Below, in pieces: positions 1 to 9,954 of a DNA stretch of 39,410 bases (the stretch's first letter is position 1; the number at the start of each line of letters is the position of its first letter). Source of the stretch: Bacteroidales bacterium (GTDB taxonomy: Bacteria > Bacteroidota > Bacteroidia > Bacteroidales > DTU049); the NCBI GenBank assembly GCA_030017935.1, contig JASEGF010000001.1:1-39410 (forward strand). The letters run 5' to 3'. The notes beneath the pieces are model-generated. The model worked only from the letters and a program-made list of their open reading frames with translations, searched no databases and was not told the origin of the DNA. The position numbers were made by a program, and so were the translations under genes.

Positions 1-130
1 GGTTAATTATTTTACCACAAAGGGCACCAAGATATTACACAAAGTTCACAAAGTGACATTTTTAAGCCTTTTAATTCTTTTATTCTCTGTGTTCTTTGTG
101 CCTTCTTTGAGAACTTTGTGGTTAATATCT
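1..130. repeat. Imperfect palindromic CACAAAG/CTTTGTG element (REP/MITE-like), possibly cut by the window edge
   Basis: The left half carries CACAAAG words (ACCACAAAG 14-22, 38-44, 47-53). The right half carries the complementary words (CTCTGTG 85-91, CTTTGTG 94-100, CTTTGA 105-110, CTTTGTGGT 114-122). The outer arms 14-22 and 114-122 are exact reverse complements. Confidence 0.5.
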
Positions 131-210
131 AACTATCCAGTAATAAATAAAATTCATTTATATAAAATTACTCTTTTTTAATCTTTACCATTATAAAACG
201 TTATAGAACC

Positions 211-239
211 AAAAAAGGGGTTAAATATAATTTAACCCC
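211..239 (-). terminator. Rho-independent terminator of the minus-strand T9SS operon
   Basis: Perfect hairpin GGGGTTAAAT-ATA-ATTTAACCCC (217-239). On the minus strand it is followed by TTTTTT (211-216). It lies 25 nt downstream of the stop of the 264-1325 gene. Confidence 0.75.
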
Positions 240-263
240 ATATAATTTAAAAAAATAGAATAA

Positions 264-1325
264 TTAAAATAATACCTTAACACCAAATTGATGAGTACCA
301 GAGAAAGGATCAGATAATCTATAAGCATATTCAAATGCCAAAAAAGAAGATTTATCCTTATTTAAAGGAGCTTGTATAGTAGCACCAAAAGCTGGTCCTG
401 TATAAGCAGTTGCTCTATCATCAGTAGTTGTTATACCTTTTTCGTAACAATATGAACTTCTCACCATAAAGATATCTTTATAATTATATTCTAATCCTAA
501 AGAGAACTGATCACGTGAGAAAGCATTAGAAATGAAAGCACCACCTAAAGATAGTAAATGATTTTCTACATTTTCTTGTAGATGGAAAATATAACCTGCA
601 CTAATTAGAAGTTGAGTAGGCAATTCAAAATTTTCTGATCTATGTTCTACAGTCATAGTAACGTCATTACCAAAAACATTACCTCTGAAAGAAAAACCGT
701 CACCAGTGAAACGTAGAGCAGGACCTATATTTCTAAGAGCTATACCAAGTCTTAGATTTTCATTTGATGAAGGTATATATTGAATACCAGCATCTATAGC
801 TATACTAGTAGCCCCCAAATCAGCAATAGCTTCGTTAATAATTTTAACGCTAGCACCTACATGAATTGAGCTAGAAAAAGAATGAGCAAAACTAGCAGTA
901 ATATTCAAAAAGCTAGGAGTATAATAACCTATACCACCTTCTGGTTTATCAGGAGTAGTTATCATAATGTCTCCGAAGCTCATAGTCATTAGTCCTAGAG
1001 CGATGACACTATTTTGTTGTTTGCCTATTTTAGTACTTAATCCGAAAGAATTAATAGTTATACCAGAGCCTTTAAGCCATTGTGTGTTAGCAAAACCGAC
1101 ATCAATTTTATTTGTAAAAGCTGCACCTGCTGGATTTAAGAATATAGCTTCGAAACCAGTAACTTGGCTCATATTAGCCAATCCCCAACCAGCGCTTCTA
1201 GGAAAAGGATTTATCAATAATTCAGAAGCTCCAGCTTCACCGACTCTATCTTCGTTTCCAGCAAACATAATCACTGGAAGTATCATGAGGATACTTATTA
1301 CAAAACTTAATTTATATTTCTTCAT
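264..1325 (-). CDS. PorV/PorQ-family type IX secretion outer-membrane beta-barrel protein (PorV-like paralogue)
   Basis: 353 aa with a signal peptide. The N-terminal block GEAGASELLINPFPRSAGWGLANMS...FLNPAG matches the PorV/LptO signature. The sequence has an alternating beta-strand pattern and a C-terminal aromatic residue. It is the last gene of an operon with a T9SS cargo. Confidence 0.6.
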   Translation of the reverse strand: MKKYKLSFVISILMILPVIMFAGNEDRVGEAGASELLINPFPRSAGWGLANMSQVTGFEAIFLNPAGAAFTNKIDVGFANTQWLKGSGITINSFGLSTKIGKQQNSVIALGLMTMSFGDIMITTPDKPEGGIGYYTPSFLNITASFAHSFSSSIHVGASVKIINEAIADLGATSIAIDAGIQYIPSSNENLRLGIALRNIGPALRFTGDGFSFRGNVFGNDVTMTVEHRSENFELPTQLLISAGYIFHLQENVENHLLSLGGAFISNAFSRDQFSLGLEYNYKDIFMVRSSYCYEKGITTTDDRATAYTGPAFGATIQAPLNKDKSSFLAFEYAYRLSDPFSGTHQFGVKVLF

Positions 1326-1343
1326 AATTAATTATTTTAAATA

Positions 1344-4300
1344 TTAAAATGCATTTAAGTCAATAGGTCTGAGAGCTCCGAACCATTTTATAACTTTTTC
1401 GCCAACACCTGGAGCTTTAACATGAATAAGATATAAACCACCAGAAATAGGTATGCCAGCATGATTTTTTAAATCCCAATCTAGGAAAGTAACATCCGGA
1501 TCATCTTTAGAATATTGTCTTATCAATTGACCACTAGTAGAATAAATGCTAATAGTACATTTAGAAGGTAAATTAGTAATACGTACTCTATTATCAACTT
1601 GATTTGTTTCGTAGGAGTTCCATGCATAGTAAGGATTAGGAACTATATTAATTAGATCTAAAGCATCCTTAGCAGTTTGTAAATCTCCTTTAACTGTAAC
1701 CAAATTAGCAGTACTAAAAGAATACATCGGATAATTCCCATTTTGAGGATTTGGATTATTATTTGCAGAAGCAGGTGTAGAGTAAAATTTATCATAAGGA
1801 CGTTTAACTCTAAATCTAATCTTAACTTCATTATCTAACCAGCGTTCATTTTCTACAGAAAGAGGTATGCCTACCCACATAACATTTTCCCATACTCTAC
1901 TTTTTCTTACTGGATTACTATCATTTAATTTTTCATAAATCCATTTACCTCCATCATAAGCAGGTGGATATCTATCCAAAGATGGGCTATTATCACCATT
2001 ATGACCTACTATATATACAAAATGTTTACCACCTAATAATAATTGACCTAGATTTGTCATAATTCTACTGGTAGGATTAAAAATCATATCATTACCATTT
2101 TCACCTGCTAACCAGGAATCTTCACCGAAAATGATATTCAATCTTTCACCCGTTTCAATATTAATAGCGTAACCTGGGAACCAGCCCATACCTGTTGCAT
2201 AATCATATGTAGGATCAGGATTTCCATTTTTATCAACAGATGTAGCTTTTCTAGGAGTCATTTTAGAAGCACCACCTTGTGCTAGAGTAGGATCATCACA
2301 TGTTTCTATAACAACGCATCGCGTCCATTTACTTTTATCCGGAGTGATTACTAAATCTACACTTGCAAGATCAGATAATTTATTAAAAGAAATAAATTGC
2401 TGCATACCACCGCCGATAGGGTGATCTGCATTTTTAGAAACCAATCTGTATGGTGCCCATGTACCACCAAGGATTTTCTCATAATATTGTTGTGGATCCA
2501 ACCAATTACTAGGATCATAATCACTTTCAGCTGAATTATCAACATTATCTAAGGTACCAGAACGTATCCAATTTAAAAGACTAGAACCTTCCTCATCAGG
2601 CACACCACTTAACCATCTATGAGTACTATCTTTAAATGTCATCGTAGCTTCTAACAATCCATTAGTAGCATCATCTGTATTACCAGGATACAAACATTGT
2701 TCTATAGTTATGGAGATACCTAAATCTAAAAATAATTGTTCGTTATTAAAAGTAATAGTTTTTTGTGAATTATGCGTACTCATTAAATTACCACCAGGAT
2801 TATATACTTCTAAGGTCCAACCAATATTACCATTTATAAGATCAGTTTGGCTAACAGTATTATCAAATTTTAATGTATATCTAGCATCAACAACATTTAA
2901 AGGATCAACAACTTTGACATTTATAGGACCACGTCCAGCTTTATACTTTAATTCAGTAACAAAATTATTAGCAAGAATTTCATTTTCACTTTCAGAGGTA
3001 ATATCCAAAACATTAGCACCATTACCTTGACCTTCTATTCTAGTAATTTCTACACCATCCCCATAATTGGCATTATAAACAGTACCACTATTTTCTGGTT
3101 CTACTATATGAGGTATAGCAGTATAAACTTGAATATTTTTACGTCCCATTAGATATGGTAAAGGTTGACCATCAATAGATCCTAAAGCACCTGGTATATG
3201 AGAATATTTTTTAAACTCATTATACGCATAAGCCACTACCATATAGTAATATTTCTTATTATTTATTAATCGTTTATCACCACTAGCAAATTGATCTTCT
3301 AATAATCTAAATGAGTGCTTGATACCCTCATTAGCACCATTGACTTCTTCTACTGGCACCATAGCATCTAGATCTTCATTATAATAAAAATTAATTAATC
3401 TAGAAACAGAATCTTTAATATCACATTGAGCAACAAGTCTAGCTTTAGTAGCATCATGTATATCATTAGCTGTTACAGTAATATCTTTTACCTGATAAAT
3501 TTGATACCCTTGAAATCTATATACTGAATCATATTTTTGATCGGGAGGGGTGCCAATAGGAGATACGATAGATGGATCTACTTCAGCATAATCTTCATTA
3601 GCATTATTAGAAGTTGGTTTATTAGTAATGAAAATTATTAATTCTCTATTTAATTCTTGTATAACTAAATCTGGAGCATCAGGACCATCAAGAACTTTAA
3701 AACAATTCTCAAATAAACGTTGACATTTATCATCAACTTTTCTTAACAATTCTACTGAGGCAAAAGGGCCACCGCTAGTAGCTCTAGCCCAAGGAAGACC
3801 TACAGTTACATAATTTAATGCACCTGGACGTAATGTGAAAGGACCTGCAGACTGCATAAAACGACGGTCATTTGGCAGATTGCCTGCTGTTTGTTCAGTC
3901 CACTTTTTTTGACCATTAGGCGGTAAACCACCAGTTCCCCAATTACAAGGATCAGTTTCATCAGGAAACATAAAATCGCATTCAGGACCATAAGCACCAG
4001 AAGAAATATGAGCATTGCCACCATATTGCATTTTAGTATTATCTTTCCAAATCCCTTTTAAGAAATTATAATATTCAATAGCTATATCAGGGTCTGTCAT
4101 GTATTCAGGCACACCAGTAGAATTATTATGGTAAACAAAACGTCTCATACCGAAACGTTCATTATCTATAATCCCATCACCAAAATTAACTCCATTAATA
4201 CTTTCATCACATATTTGTTCCTGAATCACATTACCATTACCATCTATGTAAACATTATATTTAGGATTATCTACGCCATCAGGATCCATATATGGACCTT

Positions 4301-5414
4301 GGAAAAAGTCTATACCTATAGCCGGAGGTTGATCACCATAAGCTTCTATCTGACCTTGTCCATCTACAGCTAACCCATTATAGCAATAACCTAGCCCTCT
4401 TTGTACATCACAACCTAAATAATCATCCCTTGCAAAGCCTAGATCTGGATCTGTCCATAAAGACATGTAAGTTTCATAAAGAGTATATGTAGATCTATTA
4501 ATAATTTCGAAACTATAAAAAGTCATATTATTGATTTCATCATTAGTAGAGAAAGCAAAAGCTTGAGCACGTATCTCTAATCCAATCTGCTGACCTTGAG
4601 TTTCAGTATGTATATTACCTCTATCATTGAATACCCAAAATAGAGTTTGATCACCTTTGAGTACCTGGTCAGCCATTATACCACCAAAAACATAACCACT
4701 GTCAGTTTCTATAGTTGGCAGATTTTGTTTACACAAACTATTATCTATGTCATAATAAGGATAATCTCCGTCACCAGGGTTATAAACACCATCTCCATTA
4801 TTATCAAAGAAAGGAGCTATATAAAACGATTGTCCTTGAGTAGGATCTCCATGAGCAGGATAATTAAAGAAATATTGAGGTATATCATAAGATAAAATAT
4901 TACTAGAATCTTCTGCCCACCAGAGTAGAAAATTATCAACGTCCTTTCTATATATTGTCCAGATTTTATCCCATCGTGTACATTCATCTGATGTTATAGT
5001 AGCACCATCGAGAGATAAAGGACCAGGGAAAAAATCTACACCTACTTGTCTATATCTTTGAGCAGCCAATTTTAATTGACCATTGACATCTATACCACCG
5101 ATCCATAGAGCACCAGCGAACATAGAAGTTTTTTTAGAACCCTTAGGAATTTCATACATAGCAGTACCCTGGGCACCGCTAGTATTAAGGTCCCACCACA
5201 TATCACCACCACTATTAATACGCGCTCTTACGTTATTTATATTTAGCTCAGTATAAAAAGATCCTGCTAAACATCCAGCAGCTGCTTCTTTTAATTCATT
5301 TGTACTAATGGTACTTTTATTTTTCCCAGCAGTAGGAACATTTTCAGCCATAATAAGCCCTACCAAAAGTGCTAGGATGATTGTTACAAATACTTTTTTT
5401 ATCATATTATTCAT
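1344..5414 (-). CDS. Large secreted protein of unknown function with a T9SS C-terminal sorting domain
   Basis: Uninterrupted 1356-aa ORF with an N-terminal signal peptide (KKVFVTIILALLVGLIMA). The last roughly 90 aa (IVPNPYY...ISIYSTSGQLI...GGLYLIHVKAPGVGEKVIKWFG) look like a type-A T9SS CTD. I recognise no catalytic motif. Confidence 0.75.
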   Translation of the reverse strand: MNNMIKKVFVTIILALLVGLIMAENVPTAGKNKSTISTNELKEAAAGCLAGSFYTELNINNVRARINSGGDMWWDLNTSGAQGTAMYEIPKGSKKTSMFAGALWIGGIDVNGQLKLAAQRYRQVGVDFFPGPLSLDGATITSDECTRWDKIWTIYRKDVDNFLLWWAEDSSNILSYDIPQYFFNYPAHGDPTQGQSFYIAPFFDNNGDGVYNPGDGDYPYYDIDNSLCKQNLPTIETDSGYVFGGIMADQVLKGDQTLFWVFNDRGNIHTETQGQQIGLEIRAQAFAFSTNDEINNMTFYSFEIINRSTYTLYETYMSLWTDPDLGFARDDYLGCDVQRGLGYCYNGLAVDGQGQIEAYGDQPPAIGIDFFQGPYMDPDGVDNPKYNVYIDGNGNVIQEQICDESINGVNFGDGIIDNERFGMRRFVYHNNSTGVPEYMTDPDIAIEYYNFLKGIWKDNTKMQYGGNAHISSGAYGPECDFMFPDETDPCNWGTGGLPPNGQKKWTEQTAGNLPNDRRFMQSAGPFTLRPGALNYVTVGLPWARATSGGPFASVELLRKVDDKCQRLFENCFKVLDGPDAPDLVIQELNRELIIFITNKPTSNNANEDYAEVDPSIVSPIGTPPDQKYDSVYRFQGYQIYQVKDITVTANDIHDATKARLVAQCDIKDSVSRLINFYYNEDLDAMVPVEEVNGANEGIKHSFRLLEDQFASGDKRLINNKKYYYMVVAYAYNEFKKYSHIPGALGSIDGQPLPYLMGRKNIQVYTAIPHIVEPENSGTVYNANYGDGVEITRIEGQGNGANVLDITSESENEILANNFVTELKYKAGRGPINVKVVDPLNVVDARYTLKFDNTVSQTDLINGNIGWTLEVYNPGGNLMSTHNSQKTITFNNEQLFLDLGISITIEQCLYPGNTDDATNGLLEATMTFKDSTHRWLSGVPDEEGSSLLNWIRSGTLDNVDNSAESDYDPSNWLDPQQYYEKILGGTWAPYRLVSKNADHPIGGGMQQFISFNKLSDLASVDLVITPDKSKWTRCVVIETCDDPTLAQGGASKMTPRKATSVDKNGNPDPTYDYATGMGWFPGYAINIETGERLNIIFGEDSWLAGENGNDMIFNPTSRIMTNLGQLLLGGKHFVYIVGHNGDNSPSLDRYPPAYDGGKWIYEKLNDSNPVRKSRVWENVMWVGIPLSVENERWLDNEVKIRFRVKRPYDKFYSTPASANNNPNPQNGNYPMYSFSTANLVTVKGDLQTAKDALDLINIVPNPYYAWNSYETNQVDNRVRITNLPSKCTISIYSTSGQLIRQYSKDDPDVTFLDWDLKNHAGIPISGGLYLIHVKAPGVGEKVIKWFGALRPIDLNAF

Positions 5415-5423
5415 TTTTTTAAA

Positions 5424-8400
5424 TTAAAATCCTATTTGAACACCTAAATGAATTCTTCTAGGTAAACTGTAGTTATAAGGACTATCTACAGCTATTCTAT
5501 ATAAATCTCTAAAAGCTTGCTCATCTAGCTGAGCTTGTATACCACTCTGATATTCTGGAGCAGATAAATAACCATCATCATCAGGATTACCAGTAGCACG
5601 ATATACTGCAATGACATTCTTAGTATTTAAAACATTTAGAACCTCTAAATATACATCTAAATACATTTTTTTATTAGAATTTTCAGGCTTTTTACTCATT
5701 TTTATGTAGAATTCTTTATCTATTCTCATATTTACAGTAAAACTCCAAGGCATTCTAGAACCATTAATGGATCCTAATAATATATATTGTCCACCACCTA
5801 TTAAAGCAGAAACAACATTACTAGATCTACTATATGGAGTACCACTGCCACCTAATAATTGAAAATTTACACCAAAATTTTCTAAAATTCTAGTCTCTTT
5901 TACTTTAGTTTCACCATTCTCAACAACTTTTTTAGTGATTTTTGGTCCATTATAATTTTTTCCACTACCATATCTATAGTCAAATACTAAAGAAAAAGCG
6001 TGTCTTTGATCATAATCTAAAGGATAGATGGTACGTAAATTTGGTTGTCCAGTTGCTAACAAATTGTAACCTGAGGTAGCAGATGATCCAGTACCTTCAG
6101 CAAATTGCAATGTATAAGAAGCTTTAAACCAAATATTGTTAGAACGTCTCTGATCAAAAGTAACAGTAAATCCTTTTACTGTACCAAAATCTATATTATT
6201 ATATGACATATAATCTATTGGATAAGCACCAAAAAATTGATAAAGTTGTACTAAATCTCTAACTTCTTTATAATATGTACTAAGTTTAATAGCAGAAAGT
6301 TCACCAACCATTTGTTGGAAGCCAACTTCATAATCTATAGTTTTTTCTGGTTTCAATGCTGGATTGCTAAAAATACTACCACCACGAGTTTGAGCAAAAT
6401 AATAATTAGTAGGGTCTAAACGTAAACCCTCGGTAGGTCTTTTAGTAATAATATCATAGTGAGCTAAAAATAAAGCATCCTCTGAAATAGGGAAAGAAAA
6501 AGCAATACGAGGCATCACAGTAACTTGTGGTTCATAATCTTTAAAAGCAGCACTAGTAGGATGTGTCAAACTAGGATCTACTAAATAAGGTGCTATACCA
6601 CTAGCAGTTCTCAATAATGTAGGGTCAGTAATTTCGATACCTTGAACATTATACCATGTATAACCACTACGATAACCTACAGGTTTACTAGGATTATTAA
6701 TATCATCTACATAAACAACATAATCATCTCCCATATTAGATGGATGCTCCCATTCGGGTTGTAATTGTTTCACTTCTCTCAAGCTATGAGCTTCATAAAA
6801 TAAATATGGATCTTTTAATACCTTTTGATTAGCATCAAATCTATCTACACGTAAACCAATATTAAAAATCAAATCTTCGAAAGCAGCAAATTTATCTTGT
6901 ATATAACCTCCCATGTATATAGGTTGGAAAGAAGGTATCGGTCTGGTATAGTTGCCATAATCATCTTTTTGAGTAAAGAAATCATCGAAGCTAGCTCGCG
7001 TTCTTTGTTTTTTACCAGAGTAATCATAACCATAATAAGCAACATAACTATTACCATTATTTAATAATTCATCAGCACTAAACCAATCAATCTGAAACAT
7101 AGCTGGATCATATGAATCAATATCTAACCAATCTGTACCATCTACTGGTAATCCTAACTCTTGGCGAACATTATAATCGAAATAAGCTTGATTATTAGCA
7201 TCATATAATCTATCAAAATCGATAGTATCCAAGAAATTACCATTAGCATCATATCTTAATATAGGATTAGTGGTATCTAACTGGTCAATATGTTTATTAG
7301 AAATTTGTCTAGCTAAGGTCCACAAACCTACTGGAGAATATTCTATATAAGAATTTTCTCTTTGCTCATATTGGAACCCTAATTGAATAGAGTGATTACC
7401 TAAATCTAAATTTAATTTACCACTTGCACCATATTGATTTGCATCAAATTTACTATAGCTGTTATATCTCGCACCTGGAGCAGACCACAGGCTATAAACA
7501 CTCTCTGGAGCTTGTCCATTTAGTAGAGCATTTCCACTTTGTATTTGTGTTAAATTTATTTGATATGCTGGATCTGGATATAAATCATAATATCTAGACG
7601 TATAAGCAGCCAAAATAGGATTATCTGTACCAGGGACAAAATCAACATGAGTATCATAAAAATTATTTTGCACCCATACATTTGATAAATTTAGATATGG
7701 ATAAAGCTCCATATAAGCATATGACCTTTCTTTAGTAGTTGTGAATTGGCCTACATAACCATATCTGAATAGTTGATCCTTGAATTCTGGATCTTGAATA
7801 ATTTGATTAACTTTACTATAGTCTGCTTGTAAACTATAATATACATTATTAATTAAATTTTTAGTAGTATCTTTTGTCATATCTCTAGAAGCTCTACGGG
7901 TAAAATCTTGACTAAAACGCACATACCCTCTACCCTCATAAGCAATAATTTGAGGATTGTTTTCCCAATTAAAAAGACTAAAATTATGTACATAGCCCAT
8001 TTCATTAACATATCTGAAAGAACCGCCAAAGGTTAATTGTACACTAGGACCTGTATTAACAGTTATTTTAGTGGATAAGTTAACTTGGCGGGATTCTGAA
8101 TTTAATTTAGTTTTAATATGTTCTATATCATTCATTGTAACCCAAGCAGCATTTGGTTGAGCACCAGACTCACCATATAATCTGAGAGGATTTTTTTCTA
8201 AATTAGCCAAAACGTCATCTTTTACTTTGTATAAACCTTTTGCAAAAGGTCTAGAATCTTTTTCATAAGATAATTCACCTGATAAGAAAAAGTTAAAGAT
8301 AGATCTATTAGTATCTTTTTTACTTCTAAAGAGAGGTCCCTGAATACTAAAACCTAATAAATTATAACCATACGGGTCTAAAAATTGGCTAGTTACCAGT

Positions 8401-9110
8401 TCTAGACCGCCACTTAGCTCGGTGCTACCAGATCTTGTTGTGATATTAATAACACCACCAACTGCTTCGCCATATTCAGCTGGAGTACCACCAGTAACGA
8501 CAGTAACTTGGTCTAGAGCAGATTTAGGTAAACTAGTAGATCCAATAGATCTAACACCATCTACATAAACAACCGTACCACTCCCTCTCTGGCCTCTAAT
8601 ATTAACGTCTGTGCCACCATCATCTTTTTTGTAAACACCAGCAGCAGTTTGAGCTACACCTATAGCATCACGAGTTGGCAATTTATCAATCTGATCTTTA
8701 GTCATGGTAGTAGAGCTAGATACATTTCCTTTGTCTATAGGTTTGTCTCTAAATTCAGTTACAACGACAGTTTCAATAATTTCAGTTTTAATAGATAATT
8801 TATCATCTATATAAGTAATTTTATCAGGAGAAATAATTACATTTTGGAGTATTTTAGTATTATAATTAACACTACTAATCCTAATGTCATAAGTACCTGG
8901 GGGTACAGGTGCTATTTTGTATCTACCATTAAAATCAGTAACTCCACCTGTTACTATTCTTTCACCATTCATTACAGCAACATTAACAAATGGGATTGGA
9001 TTGTTAGTGCCTTCTTCTGTGATAGTACCCATTACAGTACCTGAAGATTGAGCAAATGCTAAATAACTTATTAGCATTAATGATACTAAAGATAATAATC
9101 TTCCTCGCAT
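5424..9110 (-). CDS. TonB-dependent-receptor-type outer-membrane barrel with an N-terminal carboxypeptidase-regulatory-like domain
   Basis: 1228 aa with a signal peptide. It has a CarboxypepD_reg-like segment (GTVMGTITEEG...FNGRYKIAPVPPGTYDIRISSVNY) and a plug-like segment (NIRGQRGSGTVVYVDGVR...VTGGTPAEYGEAVGGVINITTRSG). It ends in ...LGVQIGF, a terminal Phe typical of OM barrels. Confidence 0.8.
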   Translation of the reverse strand: MRGRLLSLVSLMLISYLAFAQSSGTVMGTITEEGTNNPIPFVNVAVMNGERIVTGGVTDFNGRYKIAPVPPGTYDIRISSVNYNTKILQNVIISPDKITYIDDKLSIKTEIIETVVVTEFRDKPIDKGNVSSSTTMTKDQIDKLPTRDAIGVAQTAAGVYKKDDGGTDVNIRGQRGSGTVVYVDGVRSIGSTSLPKSALDQVTVVTGGTPAEYGEAVGGVINITTRSGSTELSGGLELVTSQFLDPYGYNLLGFSIQGPLFRSKKDTNRSIFNFFLSGELSYEKDSRPFAKGLYKVKDDVLANLEKNPLRLYGESGAQPNAAWVTMNDIEHIKTKLNSESRQVNLSTKITVNTGPSVQLTFGGSFRYVNEMGYVHNFSLFNWENNPQIIAYEGRGYVRFSQDFTRRASRDMTKDTTKNLINNVYYSLQADYSKVNQIIQDPEFKDQLFRYGYVGQFTTTKERSYAYMELYPYLNLSNVWVQNNFYDTHVDFVPGTDNPILAAYTSRYYDLYPDPAYQINLTQIQSGNALLNGQAPESVYSLWSAPGARYNSYSKFDANQYGASGKLNLDLGNHSIQLGFQYEQRENSYIEYSPVGLWTLARQISNKHIDQLDTTNPILRYDANGNFLDTIDFDRLYDANNQAYFDYNVRQELGLPVDGTDWLDIDSYDPAMFQIDWFSADELLNNGNSYVAYYGYDYSGKKQRTRASFDDFFTQKDDYGNYTRPIPSFQPIYMGGYIQDKFAAFEDLIFNIGLRVDRFDANQKVLKDPYLFYEAHSLREVKQLQPEWEHPSNMGDDYVVYVDDINNPSKPVGYRSGYTWYNVQGIEITDPTLLRTASGIAPYLVDPSLTHPTSAAFKDYEPQVTVMPRIAFSFPISEDALFLAHYDIITKRPTEGLRLDPTNYYFAQTRGGSIFSNPALKPEKTIDYEVGFQQMVGELSAIKLSTYYKEVRDLVQLYQFFGAYPIDYMSYNNIDFGTVKGFTVTFDQRRSNNIWFKASYTLQFAEGTGSSATSGYNLLATGQPNLRTIYPLDYDQRHAFSLVFDYRYGSGKNYNGPKITKKVVENGETKVKETRILENFGVNFQLLGGSGTPYSRSSNVVSALIGGGQYILLGSINGSRMPWSFTVNMRIDKEFYIKMSKKPENSNKKMYLDVYLEVLNVLNTKNVIAVYRATGNPDDDGYLSAPEYQSGIQAQLDEQAFRDLYRIAVDSPYNYSLPRRIHLGVQIGF

Positions 9111-9191
9111 ATTATTTATTTTTTTATATAACTTTTGATTTTGTTGGCTAAATTAAAAAAAATATTTTTAATCATATTCATTAATTTTTAC

Positions 9192-9524
9192 TTAAAAATA
9201 TTTTTTACTTAATATTTCGGTATATAAAATACCATCTCTAACATTAAATCCATCTTGAAAAACTTCATTAATAGCCTCTTCGTCTATTTTTTCATCTTTT
9301 GTTTCTTGATCATTTTTTACATTCTCTGATAGTGAATAATTAACATTTTGTTTAATTAAATTATTATTTGCAATATTTTTTTCTTCATTGATTAAAGTTT
9401 CGTTTTGGAGTTTTCGCTCTTTATTAGCATTAGAGCTTTTTATTTGTTTTATTTTCTTATTTAATAAGAGTATAAATACAAATATTCCAAAGAAAATTAA
9501 GTAAACTAATAATGATAAATCCAT
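9192..9524 (-). CDS. Small membrane-anchored hypothetical protein, first gene of the operon
   Basis: 110-aa ORF with one N-terminal TM helix followed by a Lys/Glu/Asn-rich tail. It lies 81 nt upstream of the barrel gene on the same strand. Confidence 0.4.
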   Translation of the reverse strand: MDLSLLVYLIFFGIFVFILLLNKKIKQIKSSNANKERKLQNETLINEEKNIANNNLIKQNVNYSLSENVKNDQETKDEKIDEEAINEVFQDGFNVRDGILYTEILSKKYF

Positions 9525-9656
9525 TTTTAATATTTGGTTACGAAATTAAAAATAAATTTTTAAATAAATAAAAATTTTTTTTAAAAAATCTTAAAAAAAA
9601 TTTTTTTTGAAAAAATACTAATAACAATAAATGAAAAATAAATTTATAATTTATCC

Positions 9657-9731
9657 TAATTTGTGTTAATTTGTGGATAATAAATAACAACTCGTTATGA
9701 CTATAACTTCATCCACAGATTTACACAAATT
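9657..9731. repeat. 21-nt inverted repeat (19/21) built from ATTTGTG/CACAAAT words and containing DnaA-box-like 9-mers
   Basis: AATTTGTGTTAATTTGTGGAT (9657-9677) pairs with ATCCACAGATTTACACAAATT (9711-9731). TGTGGATAA at 9672-9680 is the exact complement of TTATCCACA. TCATCCACA at 9709-9717 matches it at 8 of 9 positions. Confidence 0.6.
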
Positions 9732-9824
9732 AACACTGATGATTTTGTTTTTTGAGTGCATTTGCAAATTAAATTACAACTAAATATCTTGCTAAACTAA
9801 TCAACTTATTAAACTTAATTTTTT

Positions 9825-9860
9825 ATTTGTGCTCATTTGTGTGCATTTGTGGACAATAAT
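9825..9860. repeat. Half copy of the ATTTGTG-word element
   Basis: ATTTGTGCTCATTTGTGTGCATTTGTGGACAATAA resembles the left arm at 9657-9685. TGTGGACAA at 9848-9856 is the complement of TTGTCCACA, which matches the DnaA box at 8 of 9 positions. Confidence 0.45.
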
Positions 9861-9954
9861 TAGCAATTAGACAATTAAATATTAATCTAAATAATTAACT
9901 CACAATACATGTTATAGAACTAAATAAATTTTATAGAGGAATAAAATAAAGAAG

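Noticed and set aside
967-1347. Plus-strand 126-aa ORF, and similar antisense ORFs (2357-2545, 2710-3030, 3815-4024, 4128-4373, 4647-4895, 6869-7057, 8844-9044, 10213-10410, 12931-13215, 15467-15655, 16322-16549, 17341-17535, 20172-20575, 21256-21462, 22611-22850, 26503-26724, 27277-27507, 28401-28613, 33432-33734, 35198-35491, 36387-36938, 38856-39059)
   Set aside because: All lie inside much longer ORFs that have clear homology or domain signatures. They have low-complexity or hydrophobic composition typical of shadow ORFs in AT-rich DNA.
1344-5414. PorU (T9SS sortase), because a large CTD protein directly precedes a PorV-like gene
   Set aside because: I could not find the features I associate with PorU, such as a gingipain-like His/Cys catalytic region. 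The upstream partner is a TonB-type barrel, which is not part of the porU-porV locus. It is left as unknown cargo, and an HMM search is needed.
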